Assembly (NCBI GenBank): GCA_963663895.2
Contig: CAXXRD010000003.1
Location: 96,001-160,000 of the forward strand
Source of the DNA: Dehalococcoidia bacterium
GTDB lineage: Bacteria; Chloroflexota; Dehalococcoidia; Bin125
Length of the DNA stretch: 64,000 bases
Direction of reading: 5' to 3'
Below, piece after piece: positions 18,809 through 28,254 of the stretch. Position 1 is the stretch's first letter. Each line of letters opens with the position of its first letter. The position numbers and the translations under genes were made by a program. The notes below the pieces were generated by a model. The model saw nothing but the letters and a program-made list of their open reading frames with translations, was not told the origin of the DNA and did not search any database.

Positions 18809-19519
18809 CTAGCGAAAGCCCGGAAAGGGAAAGCGCCAACCAGGGAAACGGTCGTCGCGGCTGTCAGCGGGTAGAGCCCACTGTTCAAGCACGAAGATCA
18901 AGGGGATGCCGATCACGGCCGTCCAAACAAAGCCCCCGAAGGTGTCCGATGGCCAATGCACGCCCGCCGAGATCGAAGCCCAGGGTTGGAGAAGGCCCAC
19001 ACCAGCACCCCAGGCCGCGATCGGAGCGCGCAGCCAGAGCGGTCCCGGGATGCGCCAGCAAAGATAAACGACCACGACGCCGACCATCATGCTGCTCATG
19101 ACGTGGCCGCTGGGAAAGCTTGGGGAATCGAAGCTGCCGTGCTGCTCAAGGAACAGAATCGAGGTACGAGGCCGGTCGACGAGCAGCTTGATCCCGTGCT
19201 GGAGGCCGAATCCAATTGCAAAGCAGCCGCTAACGAGGGCAGTGCGGCGGCGTCCGAGCGCAAGGAGAACAATCACGGCGAGGATGAGCGTGATCGCAGA
19301 GGCCGGTGTGGAGCCGACGTCGCGCAAGAACTGGGAGAGCGCGCGACCAGGGAGATCATTCGCTTGAATCCACCGGCCGACGGCAGCATCGCCGGGAAAG
19401 CGGTCGTCGATAGCCGCCCACACCGACAGCGCGATCGCGCCGCTGAGCAGTGCCAGCCAGATGGCGGCGAGCCAGGTGCCACCGCCCAACCGGTGAACCG
19501 GACCGAAGTCGCAGCGCAT
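18809..19519 (-). CDS. PAP2-family phosphatase (undecaprenyl-PP/lipid phosphatase-like)
   Basis: KLLVDRPR, SFPSGH, AGVHWPSD; multiple TM helices. Confidence 0.85.
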   Translation of the reverse strand: MRCDFGPVHRLGGGTWLAAIWLALLSGAIALSVWAAIDDRFPGDAAVGRWIQANDLPGRALSQFLRDVGSTPASAITLILAVIVLLALGRRRTALVSGCFAIGFGLQHGIKLLVDRPRTSILFLEQHGSFDSPSFPSGHVMSSMMVGVVVVYLCWRIPGPLWLRAPIAAWGAGVGLLQPWASISAGVHWPSDTFGGFVWTAVIGIPLIFVLEQWALPADSRDDRFPGWRFPFPGFR

Positions 19520-19605
19520 CTCCGCATCCTATCGTCAGCTGGCTTCCCCGGAGGCGGCCGCGGCGCAAGGCGATATGCTGGAGGCGCGGGGGTACGCTGA
19601 AGCCA

Positions 19606-21465
19606 ATGCCGCGCACTACCCGCCATCTTGCCTCCAATCCCCCAGCGTCCCGGCGGACACCCTTGGCTCAGCGGATAAGCCGGCGGGCGCTGCTGCGTGC
19701 GTCCGCGGTTGCCACAGTCGGCGCGGCAGCGCTGGGCTTAGTAAGTTGCGGCGATGAGGACGGCGGCGAAGACAAAGGCGAAGCGGTACATGATCACGAG
19801 CCGCCCATAGCGATCGATACGGAGCTGGCAAGGACGCCGGCGCCGGCACGCGTGCTCGCGCCACCACGCCCGTCCGAAGGAGAACCGGAGCGAGGCGGAA
19901 CGCTACGCATGCATGCCGCACTCGATCTCCTGGACTCCTTCGACATCCATCGTTCGCGATTCCCGACTACGCAACTGTTCTCAGCGCTGCAGCAAAGCAA
20001 GCTGTTGCGCTATGTGGACATCAACGCAGGGCTGCTGGAGCCAGACCTCGCCGCGATCCCGGAGCTGCCGGACGAAACGACATATGTGATCGAGCTGCAG
20101 CCAGAGACACGTTGGTGGAATCGCAGTCCAACGCGCGGTCGCGCCTGCACGGCCGACGACGTTCGGGCCAACTTCGCGCGGCAGATCGCTGCTGCCGACG
20201 CGTCCGGAGCGCCCGATCCGCTATTCCAGCGTCAAGCCCAATACCGCACGATCGCGCGGATGGACGTCGTTGATGAGCGAACGCTGGTCATCAGCACCAC
20301 AGAGCCGGACGGGACTTTCCTAGGGACGGGACTTGCAGGCCCTTGGTCATTCATCCAAGCGCCGGAAGTGTGGGAACAGGGCGGGGACGCCCTGCGAAAC
20401 CAGCCGCTCCGCGCCTCTACCTACAGTGGTACGGGAGCGTTCCAAATAGACGCCTTCACCGCCGAGCGAGTGATGGCGTTCAAGCGCAATCCTCGCTACT
20501 TCCGAGTTGGCCTCCCATGGTTGGACACGATCGAATTGCGGCACATGATCGACCCGGCGGCGCAGGCGAACGCCTATTGGGACGGTGTTCTCGACCTCTG
20601 GACGCCGGCGGATCCGTTACAACTCGAGCCGTTGTTGCCGGATCTCCCAACCCATCGGATCGGAGAACGGTTCCTGCCGTTCACCATTCAACTCGCATTC
20701 TCGTTCTCGCAGGGATCGGCGCTGAATCCCTTCCGTGACCACAGAGTGGCGCGGGCCGTGCACCTCGCCTTGGACCGCCCGGCGATCTTGGCGCTTGCGT
20801 ACGGGGACTTCGGGCGCATCTGCGGTCCGGTCCCGCCCTTCGCGCTCGGCTGGGCGATGGAAGAGGAAGCACTCGCGGGAACACCAGGCTACCGACAGGA
20901 GAAGAGCGAGGACATCGCAGAAGCGCGCGCGCTGCTCAGCGCAGCAGCGTTCACGGGAGCCGTGCCCATCGCGGTACCGGACGTGTTCGAAGCGACCCAC
21001 CCAGGCGTCAGCGCGCTAGTCGCCGAGACTCTCACAGCCAATTTGGGACTGCCGGTGGAGGTGTCGATACTGGAGTACAGCGTGATCCTGACCGGCATGC
21101 GGGAGGGGAACCCGCCGGCAAGTCTGGGATGGGGTGAGCCGCCGATCGATGCGGACCCGACGGCAGACCTGCTGCGATCGATACATACGGCCGGGCCGGA
21201 TAACCGGGGGAGGCTGCAAGATCCGGCGATCGATGTGGGAATCGAGCGAATGCGGACCACGTTGGAACGTGAGGAGCGGCAACGGATCTTCCGTGAGGCG
21301 GTGCAGCCCCTGCTACTGGATCGCCCGTCTTGGCTGGTGAACGTCGGGATCGGCGTTCAGCGGACGATCAGCCGGCCGTCGATCCACCTACCGCGCTTCG
21401 GCTACGGCTGGGATGGTCACCATTTCGAACGGGCCTGGATCGAGGGAGCCGCAGCGCCCGAGTAG
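19606..21465 (+). CDS. Family-5 ABC substrate-binding protein, Tat-exported lipoprotein (no permease or ATPase genes nearby)
   Basis: SRRALL Tat motif and LVSC lipobox; RGGTL, EPDLA, TADDV, GTGAF, KRNPRYF..GLPWLD, PFRDHRV. Confidence 0.85.
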   Translation: MPRTTRHLASNPPASRRTPLAQRISRRALLRASAVATVGAAALGLVSCGDEDGGEDKGEAVHDHEPPIAIDTELARTPAPARVLAPPRPSEGEPERGGTLRMHAALDLLDSFDIHRSRFPTTQLFSALQQSKLLRYVDINAGLLEPDLAAIPELPDETTYVIELQPETRWWNRSPTRGRACTADDVRANFARQIAAADASGAPDPLFQRQAQYRTIARMDVVDERTLVISTTEPDGTFLGTGLAGPWSFIQAPEVWEQGGDALRNQPLRASTYSGTGAFQIDAFTAERVMAFKRNPRYFRVGLPWLDTIELRHMIDPAAQANAYWDGVLDLWTPADPLQLEPLLPDLPTHRIGERFLPFTIQLAFSFSQGSALNPFRDHRVARAVHLALDRPAILALAYGDFGRICGPVPPFALGWAMEEEALAGTPGYRQEKSEDIAEARALLSAAAFTGAVPIAVPDVFEATHPGVSALVAETLTANLGLPVEVSILEYSVILTGMREGNPPASLGWGEPPIDADPTADLLRSIHTAGPDNRGRLQDPAIDVGIERMRTTLEREERQRIFREAVQPLLLDRPSWLVNVGIGVQRTISRPSIHLPRFGYGWDGHHFERAWIEGAAAPE

Positions 21466-21519
21466 CGGTCGTCTACATGCCGCTACGAGCGCCCTCGCCG
21501 CGTGGCAGAGGAGTATTGC

Positions 21520-22686
21520 TTAGGCACCCATCACCGCGTCGGCTACGGCACGACCGAGGCCCTCTTCAAAGATCGACGGGATGATGCGGTCGGGAGTGGG
21601 ATCGCCCACGAACACGGCGATCGCCTCGGCGGCGGCGAGCTTATGCGCATCGGTGACCTTGGAAATCTTGCCGTCCAGTAGCCCACGAAAGATGCCCGGG
21701 AAGGCAAGCGCGTTATTGATCTGGTTGGGGAAGTCGGACCGGCCCGTTGCAATGACCGCCGCGCCGGCTTCCGCGGCGAGGGCCGGCATGATCTCCGGCG
21801 TGGGATTGGCCATCGGGAAGACAAGGGCGTCGCGATTCATAGTAGCGATCATCGCGGGAGTGACGAGGCCGGGACCACTCAGTCCGATATAGAGATCCGT
21901 ACCAGGAAGGATATCCGCGACCTGAGGAAGCGACCCGTCCGGATTGAGACTGCGACCACTCCAGCCGGCGACTTCACGCTTATACGGATTGATGTCCTCA
22001 CGCTCGGGTGTGATCAAGCCCTTGCTGTCGATGAGCGCTATCTCCTGCACGCCGTAGGAGTGCAGAAGTTGCGCCACAGCGATCCCGCTCGCCCCGGCCC
22101 CAGTGATAACGGTGCGGGTGCCAGCAGGCTCGCGGTTCGTGAGCTTGAGCGCGTTGATCACGGCAGCCAGCGCCACGACGGCGGTGCCGTGCTGATCATC
22201 GTGCATGATGGGAATGGCGACACGCTCTTGAAGCTTGCGCTCCACTTCGAAGCAACGCGGCGCGGAGATGTCCTCGAGGTTGACGCCGCCAAGTGAAGGC
22301 GCGATAGCAGCGACCGCGTCGACGATTTGGTCGGCCTCGTGGACGTCGAGCGCGATGGGGATGGCGTCGACGCCGGCGAACTCCTTGAAGAGGACGCACT
22401 TCCCTTCCATGACGGGAAGCGCTGCAGTAGGGCCGATGTTGCCGAGGCCAAGGACGGCACTGCCGTCGGTGACAACGGCGACGAGATTACCGCGGCCGGT
22501 CAGCTCCCAGACTAGCTCGGGGTGTTTGTTGATCTCCACGCACGGCGCGGCCACACCCGGCGTGTACACGACGCTGAGATCGTGCTGATTGCTTACGGCA
22601 GGACGGCTGCGATAGTCGATCTTACCCCGCCAGCGGCGGTGTGCATCGATCGCCTCTTGGTCGTACCTCGCGGCATCTACGTTCAT
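21520..22686 (-). CDS. NAD(P)-dependent malic enzyme (short type)
   Basis: YTPGVA, TDGSAVLGLGNIGP..ALPVMEGK, NLEDISAP, HDDQHGTA, MANPTPEI, TGRSDFPNQINN. Confidence 0.93.
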   Translation of the reverse strand: MNVDAARYDQEAIDAHRRWRGKIDYRSRPAVSNQHDLSVVYTPGVAAPCVEINKHPELVWELTGRGNLVAVVTDGSAVLGLGNIGPTAALPVMEGKCVLFKEFAGVDAIPIALDVHEADQIVDAVAAIAPSLGGVNLEDISAPRCFEVERKLQERVAIPIMHDDQHGTAVVALAAVINALKLTNREPAGTRTVITGAGASGIAVAQLLHSYGVQEIALIDSKGLITPEREDINPYKREVAGWSGRSLNPDGSLPQVADILPGTDLYIGLSGPGLVTPAMIATMNRDALVFPMANPTPEIMPALAAEAGAAVIATGRSDFPNQINNALAFPGIFRGLLDGKISKVTDAHKLAAAEAIAVFVGDPTPDRIIPSIFEEGLGRAVADAVMGA

Positions 22687-22901
22687 CGTTACGCCCCCTA
22701 TGCGTCCACAGACAGGCAGCGGCATTGATACCGATGCGCACTGCGAACCCCATAGGACCAGAGGACCACGACGACCGCAGGCAACAGAGGAATTATGGTA
22801 CCGCTCTCTCGGAGTAGCGCCAACGCGTCGAGCATTGTATCGCTGAGTTCCTGTGACCTCCCTCCTGTGTGGGTACTCTCATATCACTAGGAAAGGTTGT
22901 C

Positions 22902-23006
22902 ATGGCGGGACCAGGCAAGAGCGCACGGAACGGAATCAGCCTCGCGGAACTGCTCGCGATGTTCCCGGATGAGCGGATGTACCCGTCGCGCGGGCGTTGG
23001 GTATGA
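22902..23006 (+). pseudogene. IS1595-type transposase N-terminal remnant (34 aa)
   Basis: MAGPGKSARNGISLAELLAMFPDE resembles the recalled PGK..R.GISL.EL..MFPD start of IS1595 transposases; GAAAGG RBS; similarity ends before the Zn ribbon. Confidence 0.6.
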
Positions 23007-23189
23007 GCCCTCCATTGACGGGGCGCTCGATAAAAAGCGAGGGCTGTTCAAATTCGAGCGGCTTCACCAAAGCGCGCTGCTTCTTATTCAGACGCCTTGC
23101 AGAACAGAAAGGCGTCTCCGGTCAAATCGTCCGGTGGAAGACGTGGCCACCGCCCAAGTATGGCTGCTTGGCGCTTGGGCCAATTGCCT

Positions 23190-23363
23190 TTAGGCGCGAG
23201 GAGACGGCATCTTCTTCGGCGGCGTTCGCTCCCTTTCCACGTTCTGCTGGATCGCGCGCCAGGCGAGGCCGGGCGCGTCACAGATCAGCCACGTCACCCC
23301 GACCAGTACCATCGTTATGAGGGTGAAGGCGACGACCATGACTTTGCTGCTGGAGATGTTCAT
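23190..23363 (-). CDS. Possible 57-aa single-TM peptide
   Basis: MNISSSKVMVVAFTLITMVLVGVTWLICD...TPPKKMPSPRA; below the ORF-track cut-off. Confidence 0.35.
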   Translation of the reverse strand: MNISSSKVMVVAFTLITMVLVGVTWLICDAPGLAWRAIQQNVERERTPPKKMPSPRA

Positions 23364-23399
23364 ATCGCCTAGCGACGCTCGCGAGTCGCAGTAGGTCCT

Positions 23400-23501
23400 T
23401 CAGGATTTCCGTGTGGGCGGCTTCTTCGGCGGCGTGAGCACTGCCTGGACCAGCCTCTCCGGCGTCGTGGGGATTCGGAGGCCGGTGGGCTTCCTCGGCA
23501 T
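23400..23501 (-). CDS. 33-aa basic Pro-rich peptide, probably IS-associated
   Basis: GGGAGG RBS; MPRKPTGLRIPTTPERLVQAVLTPPKKPPTRKS. Confidence 0.45.
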   Translation of the reverse strand: MPRKPTGLRIPTTPERLVQAVLTPPKKPPTRKS

Positions 23502-23638
23502 GATCGCGCCTCCCTCTGTGCAACCCTACACAGCGCTCGTAAAACTGGCAACGCGAACTGGCGTTCTATCTGGCCGGGCACGCAGCTATATAATTTCCAA
23601 CGCGTCCCGCACGCCCGAGGCACGCTCGGACTCAAACG

Positions 23639-24028
23639 CTAGGATGGGTAGCTCTTCAGCTCGACGGTATGGCCATCCGGATCCGTGACGTAGACGGCGC
23701 TTCCGCTGCCACGGGCACCGTCAACCTGCGCCGGCCCGCGTATCACAGGCACATCGTGATCGTGCAGCCAAGTCACGAGATCCTCCCCCTGGAGCCCTTC
23801 GACTGCGAGACAGATGTGGTCGAGGGCCCGGCCTTGCGTACCGCTCGGAAGAAGGTCGATGAGCGATGTTCCAATTCGGACGGAAAGGAACGGGCGAGTG
23901 CCAGCGCGAAAATCGGCCTCGCGCTCCACGGAAAGCTGTAGGAGGTCACGATAGAAGCCCAGACTGCGGTCAACATCGGCGACGGGCAAGACGATGTGGT
24001 CCAGCGCAATTCCCTTGAGCACGGTCAT
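23639..24028 (-). CDS. VOC/glyoxalase family protein
   Basis: LDHIVLPVADVDRSLGFY, LDHICL, YVTDPDGHTVEL. Confidence 0.9.
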   Translation of the reverse strand: MTVLKGIALDHIVLPVADVDRSLGFYRDLLQLSVEREADFRAGTRPFLSVRIGTSLIDLLPSGTQGRALDHICLAVEGLQGEDLVTWLHDHDVPVIRGPAQVDGARGSGSAVYVTDPDGHTVELKSYPS

Positions 24029-24077
24029 GGCTACTCCCTGAATAAGGCCGGTTCAGTCCCAGCGATCCGCCACGGCG

Positions 24078-24530
24078 CTAGAACAGTGTGCCTTCAATGA
24101 TGCCACGATGAGCGCGCAGCACGAGCTTACCTTCCTCGCGCCGCTCGACGACCAGAGGCTTGCGACATGAGGTGCAAGGGGTCAACTCTTTGCGACGAAG
24201 CGCACCGGCGGGCGGCACGCGCGCGACGGCGGGCTTTTTGCAGTAGGGACAGGTAATTTCCCAGCGGAGGCAGGCCCGAATCAGCATCTGCTCGCTAGTA
24301 CCGCGGGAGACGACTAGGTCGTAGCGACAGTGGGGACACTGAGTAACGACGCGGCGCGGGCGGCCTTCGGGCGGAGGGACTCCAACTTGCGTGCGCCCCG
24401 AACAGTGCGGACAACGGATACGCTTCGTTTGCAGAGAGCGGGTTGGCGGGGTCGCGCCGGGAGAGGAGTTGCCTGCGATGGCGCTTGCGTCATCGGATTC
24501 GGGCTCGCGGTTCTCGTCGGGCAGAGTCAT
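24078..24530 (-). CDS. Hypothetical protein with two tandem Zn ribbons
   Basis: IRCPHC...VPP...CPHC then ITCPYC...VPP...CTSC. Confidence 0.65.
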   Translation of the reverse strand: MTLPDENREPESDDASAIAGNSSPGATPPTRSLQTKRIRCPHCSGRTQVGVPPPEGRPRRVVTQCPHCRYDLVVSRGTSEQMLIRACLRWEITCPYCKKPAVARVPPAGALRRKELTPCTSCRKPLVVERREEGKLVLRAHRGIIEGTLF

Positions 24531-24663
24531 AGCAGTCCCATGATCTTATCGGCTCGGTCGCTCGCAGGGTGATTGCCTAGTCCCGTGTACCACCGGCATG
24601 CACGCGAATCTCCGAAGCGCCGTTCCATGGACATCCCTCGAAAGAGGCCCGTACGATAGCCGC

Positions 24664-25548
24664 GTGAAAACGCGCATGGACGCTGTCCGCGGGCCGCTGC
24701 GCGACATCCCACCCACCTCTATCGAGGTTCGTGGCTCGCGTGGAACGCCTTACAATCCCCAAAAACCGCTACTTCTACCGGACGAACAGCTTAAGCGCGG
24801 GAAAAAATGGCCCCACCTCAGCCCCTTGGGGCGGGCGTTGGGGATCGCGCTGATAATAGTGGGAAGCGGGGTAGGAATTTTCTTCCTCGCGAGCGCCCTG
24901 ATCAGCGAGAGCAACGGAGGCGAGCCGCCAGCTGCGGACACGGCGACTGCTAGCGCGCCGGCTAGTACCGACAACGTAGTGGTGGAGGAAACACCGACGC
25001 CGGTCGAAGAGCCTGCCGGATCGGTGCGAGAGGGAGTGACGGCCGACGATGCGGCGGCCGGGGCTGCGGAAGAGGCAGCCGATCCCATCCAGGAGAGCTT
25101 GGTAGCGCCCGAGATCATTACCCCGCTCGATTTAGGGGGTGCGCCCGTACTGATCGAGCGCGGGGGCGCGACGCCCATTCCGTCCATCGAGTCCAACCCC
25201 ACCTTGTCCAACGGTAGTCCGTATGATCCGGCGGATCCGGCGCTGGCATTCTCGAGCGTATGGACGATCGGCACGGTCCTTGAGATTACGCGACTGCCGG
25301 GCGGGCCTCTCCTGAGTGCGGAGGAGGCGGCGGAACTCGTCGGGAAGACTATTCAGGTCACAGTGGTCGATACGGGTTCGTTCCCGACGGAGTTGCAACT
25401 GAGCCCGGCGGCCTACCACAACTTGGCGCTCCCGATTGAGCCGATCATCGCGCTACGAATGGAAGTCGTCGACGCGCCCGAGGGCAGCCTGGCGCCCCTC
25501 GCGGAGGGTGACGAAGAGACCGCAGCAGGGAGCACGCCGGAAGAGTAA
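24664..25548 (+). CDS. Single-pass membrane protein with acidic linker and extracellular domain
   Basis: One TM (ALGIALIIVGSGVGIFFLASALI); TACGAT 6 nt before in-frame GTG 24664. Confidence 0.65.
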   Translation: MKTRMDAVRGPLRDIPPTSIEVRGSRGTPYNPQKPLLLPDEQLKRGKKWPHLSPLGRALGIALIIVGSGVGIFFLASALISESNGGEPPAADTATASAPASTDNVVVEETPTPVEEPAGSVREGVTADDAAAGAAEEAADPIQESLVAPEIITPLDLGGAPVLIERGGATPIPSIESNPTLSNGSPYDPADPALAFSSVWTIGTVLEITRLPGGPLLSAEEAAELVGKTIQVTVVDTGSFPTELQLSPAAYHNLALPIEPIIALRMEVVDAPEGSLAPLAEGDEETAAGSTPEE

Positions 25549-25585
25549 CGCTGGACGAAGCCACGACAGCGGGGGACCGCAAAGA

Positions 25586-25608
25586 AGGCCGGGGATCCAC
25601 CCCGGCCT
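25586..25608. terminator. Intrinsic terminator between convergent genes
   Basis: AGGCCGGGG-atcca-CCCCGGCCT; TCTTT tail on the minus strand. Confidence 0.72.
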
Positions 25609-25633
25609 GTTCAGTGGCAGGCGCAGCGCGCTG

Positions 25634-25825
25634 CTAGCTCCGCCGCCTGCGGCCAAAGGGGACGCGCAGCTCCTCCCCGTAGTTCATAAAGCGCTTACTC
25701 ATGCCACACTTGACGCAGGTCCCACGGGAGTACTGGGCATCCGGGCGGGTAAGCTGCCAGTGGTGTGTGCAATTCCGTCTCATGGTACGCAGGGACACGC
25801 CCTCAGTTGCCGACCGCTGTGCCAA
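25634..25825 (-). CDS. Small putative Zn-binding protein (CxHHW...CxxCG..KxFxN), paralog of 8068..8343
   Basis: NCTHHWQLTRPDAQYSRGTCVKCGMSKRFMN; GGAAGGAG RBS before TTG 25825. Confidence 0.72.
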   Translation of the reverse strand: MAQRSATEGVSLRTMRRNCTHHWQLTRPDAQYSRGTCVKCGMSKRFMNYGEELRVPFGRRRRS

Positions 25826-25870
25826 GCCACCACTCCTTCCCTGACGGAGCTGAAGTGACAACGAGCCATC

Positions 25871-25966
25871 GGCTTCGCAGGAGTCGAGCTCTCAACCCGA
25901 AAGAGAACTCACCCTGAAGCCCCGCCACCGGCTGGGAGTGTAATCAAGGGAACGATATGTTTGCAA
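25871..25966 (-). promoter_or_regulatory. Sigma70-like promoter and structured 5' leader of the small Zn-binding protein
   Basis: TTGCAA-18 nt-TACACT (25966-25937); long imperfect hairpin GGCTTC..GAGTTCTC..GAGAGCTC..GAAGCC (25921-25871). Confidence 0.55.
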
Positions 25967-26028
25967 GCGGATTTACAGGTTGCCGCTCAGCAAGGACAGC
26001 CTGAGCGAAGCGACAGCCGGCCTGCCGC

Positions 26029-26481
26029 TCAGTCGGCGGGCGAATACTCATAGAGCGTGTGGTATTTCTCGCCGCCACGGATCGCTTGACGAAGATCCGC
26101 GCGGTCTAGCTGCTCAAGCTTTTCCAGCGCGGTTCGGCAGTCGCTCAAAGCGGATTCATCGTCCGCACAGCGGCCAAGGATGCGGTCGTAAAGACCAGCC
26201 TGGACGAAGCTGTCGACGCGCCCGCTCCAAGGCAGGAAAACGAAGGAGTCGGGATCGTTGAAGCCAGGCCGAAGCTCGCGAAGCTGGCGAATCCGCTCTT
26301 GGGGAGTGCGCACGGGCGTGACGACGCGGACGTAGGGGCCTGCCGAAGCGGAGCGACGGGCATCGACAAGTAAGCGGTCGGAGAGCCAAGCGAAACCGAC
26401 GACGACCACATCCGCTTCATCAATGACGCGCAAGGCGTCGTCGGAGTCGAAACTGCTGGAGCCTGACGGTTCGGACATCAT
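26029..26481 (-). CDS. Conserved-looking hypothetical protein
   Basis: Globular composition (RLLVDAR...GPYVRVV...LRELRPGF); TATACT 6 nt before ATG 26481. Confidence 0.7.
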   Translation of the reverse strand: MMSEPSGSSSFDSDDALRVIDEADVVVVGFAWLSDRLLVDARRSASAGPYVRVVTPVRTPQERIRQLRELRPGFNDPDSFVFLPWSGRVDSFVQAGLYDRILGRCADDESALSDCRTALEKLEQLDRADLRQAIRGGEKYHTLYEYSPAD

Positions 26482-26575
26482 GTGGACAGTATACCGCCCG
26501 TCACTCCTCTCAGCCTTGGTGGAGCGCCCCGAAAAAGTTTGACGCTGCGAAGGCAGCACTGCCAGCATTAATTGC

Positions 26576-28153
26576 ATGAGGCCAGGAACGGATGCGCGCA
26601 GTCCCGTGTATGGCTCCCAGGCAATGGCCGCCACCGGCCACCCTGCGGCGACCGCGGCAGCCGTGGAAGTGCTGGCGGAAGGCGGGAACGCGGTCGATGC
26701 CGCGCTTGCGGCCTCGGCAGTGCTTTGTGTGGTGCTCCCCCATATGACTGGGATCGGCGGCGACGGCTTCGTGCAGGTCGTAGAACCGGATGGCCGCGTA
26801 CTTGCCTATAACTCCGGCGGCACGGCGGGCAGCGGGGCGCGACCGGAACGGTACGGGGAAGCGGTCCCTCGCGACGGGCTGGGGTCGGCATGTGTGCCGG
26901 GATTGCCCGATGCGTGGGCAGCGTTGCACGAGGCGCATGGGAGCATGCCCCTTGATCGCTTGTTCGCGCGCGCGGTCGATCTCGCGCGGAATGGGTTCCC
27001 CCTGTCGGCCGGTGTTGCGGGCGCCCTAGCGGAGCACGCAGCACGGCTGGCGAAATCGGCCCCGGCAGCGGCGATCTTCCTAGCGAGCGGCCGCCCACCC
27101 CAGGCCGCCGAGCGGCTGCGCCAGCCCCAATTGGCGCAAACGCTCGAAGCGTTCGCGGCAGGGGGACGCGCCGCGTTCTATGGCGGACCGATCGGTGCGG
27201 AGCTAGCGCTGGCCTTCGCAGAGCAAGCCGCTGGTCTGATCTCCGCCGCCGACCTTCTGGCGCACGAGTGCGTCGTTGGCGAGCCGCTCCGGGCGCCCTA
27301 TAGGGACGTGGTCGTGACCGAGCAGCCCCCCATCTCGCAGGGGCACGTGCTCCTGCAGGAGCTCCTCCTCTTGGAGCCGTTCGACCTGGCCTCGCAGGGA
27401 CACCTCTCCAGCGATTCCATTCACACAATGATCGAGGCCAAGAAGCTGGCGTTCGCCGATCGTTCCGCAGCAGCTGGCGACCCCCGCTTCCTCAGCGTCG
27501 ATTGGGCGGACCTTCTCTCGCCCGAGCGCGCCCGGGATCGTGCGAGGACGATCGATCCGGAGCGCGCGAGCCTACAGTCCACCGCCGACAGTAAGCCCAC
27601 CGACACGACCCAATTCGCAGTTGGGGATCGCGACGGAAGAGCGGTCAGCTTCATCCAAAGCGTGTACCACCCGTTCGGCTGCGCGGCGGTGGCCGGAAAG
27701 ACCGGCGTGCTGCTCAACAATCGCATGGTGGGTTTCAGCCTGACGCCGGGTCACCCGAACGTAATGGCACCAGGCAAGCGGACGGTTCATACACTCAACA
27801 CATTCGCTCTGTTCCGCAACGGCGAATTTTGGCTGGCGGCCGGGACGCCGGGCGCCGACTTCCAGGTGCAAACGAATATGCAGCTCATCACCGGACTCGT
27901 CGATTACGGCCTCAGTCTCCAGGCAGCGATCGACGCGGCACGGTGGGGGCACACCGCAGAGCGTGAAGTCGTGGTGGAGGAACGGATCCCCGCGTCTGCA
28001 CTAGGGGATCTGGAACGGCGCGGGCACGTGCTCCAACGCCAAGGCGACTGGATCCCAGGGCTGGGGTCGGTGCAAGCGGTTGCGCGTCTCCCAAGCGGTG
28101 GCTGGGAGGGCGTCAGTGATCTGCGACGCGAAGGCGCCGCGATCGGTTTCTAA
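26576..28153 (+). CDS. ggt: Gamma-glutamyltransferase family protein
   Basis: GGNAVDAA, PHMTGIGGDGF, DTTQ nucleophile Thr, LNNRM, PGKRTVHTL, GTPGAD.Q.Q. Confidence 0.9.
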   Translation: MRPGTDARSPVYGSQAMAATGHPAATAAAVEVLAEGGNAVDAALAASAVLCVVLPHMTGIGGDGFVQVVEPDGRVLAYNSGGTAGSGARPERYGEAVPRDGLGSACVPGLPDAWAALHEAHGSMPLDRLFARAVDLARNGFPLSAGVAGALAEHAARLAKSAPAAAIFLASGRPPQAAERLRQPQLAQTLEAFAAGGRAAFYGGPIGAELALAFAEQAAGLISAADLLAHECVVGEPLRAPYRDVVVTEQPPISQGHVLLQELLLLEPFDLASQGHLSSDSIHTMIEAKKLAFADRSAAAGDPRFLSVDWADLLSPERARDRARTIDPERASLQSTADSKPTDTTQFAVGDRDGRAVSFIQSVYHPFGCAAVAGKTGVLLNNRMVGFSLTPGHPNVMAPGKRTVHTLNTFALFRNGEFWLAAGTPGADFQVQTNMQLITGLVDYGLSLQAAIDAARWGHTAEREVVVEERIPASALGDLERRGHVLQRQGDWIPGLGSVQAVARLPSGGWEGVSDLRREGAAIGF

Positions 28154-28254
28154 GCGCGCAAGTCGCTGGGTCGGCGAGAAATGGCCGGTATACTTCGGAA
28201 CGAAGCGCCGACATGCTGCGCTTCGAATAGGCTCGGGACAGAGAGGGAAGCCCG

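Larger units (their letters stand above)
22789..23598 (+). mobile_element. Probable degenerate, non-autonomous IS1595-family element
   Basis: Imperfect inverted ends GGAATTAT (22789) and ATAATTTCC (to 23598); transposase N-terminal fragment inside; no target-site duplication seen. Confidence 0.5.
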
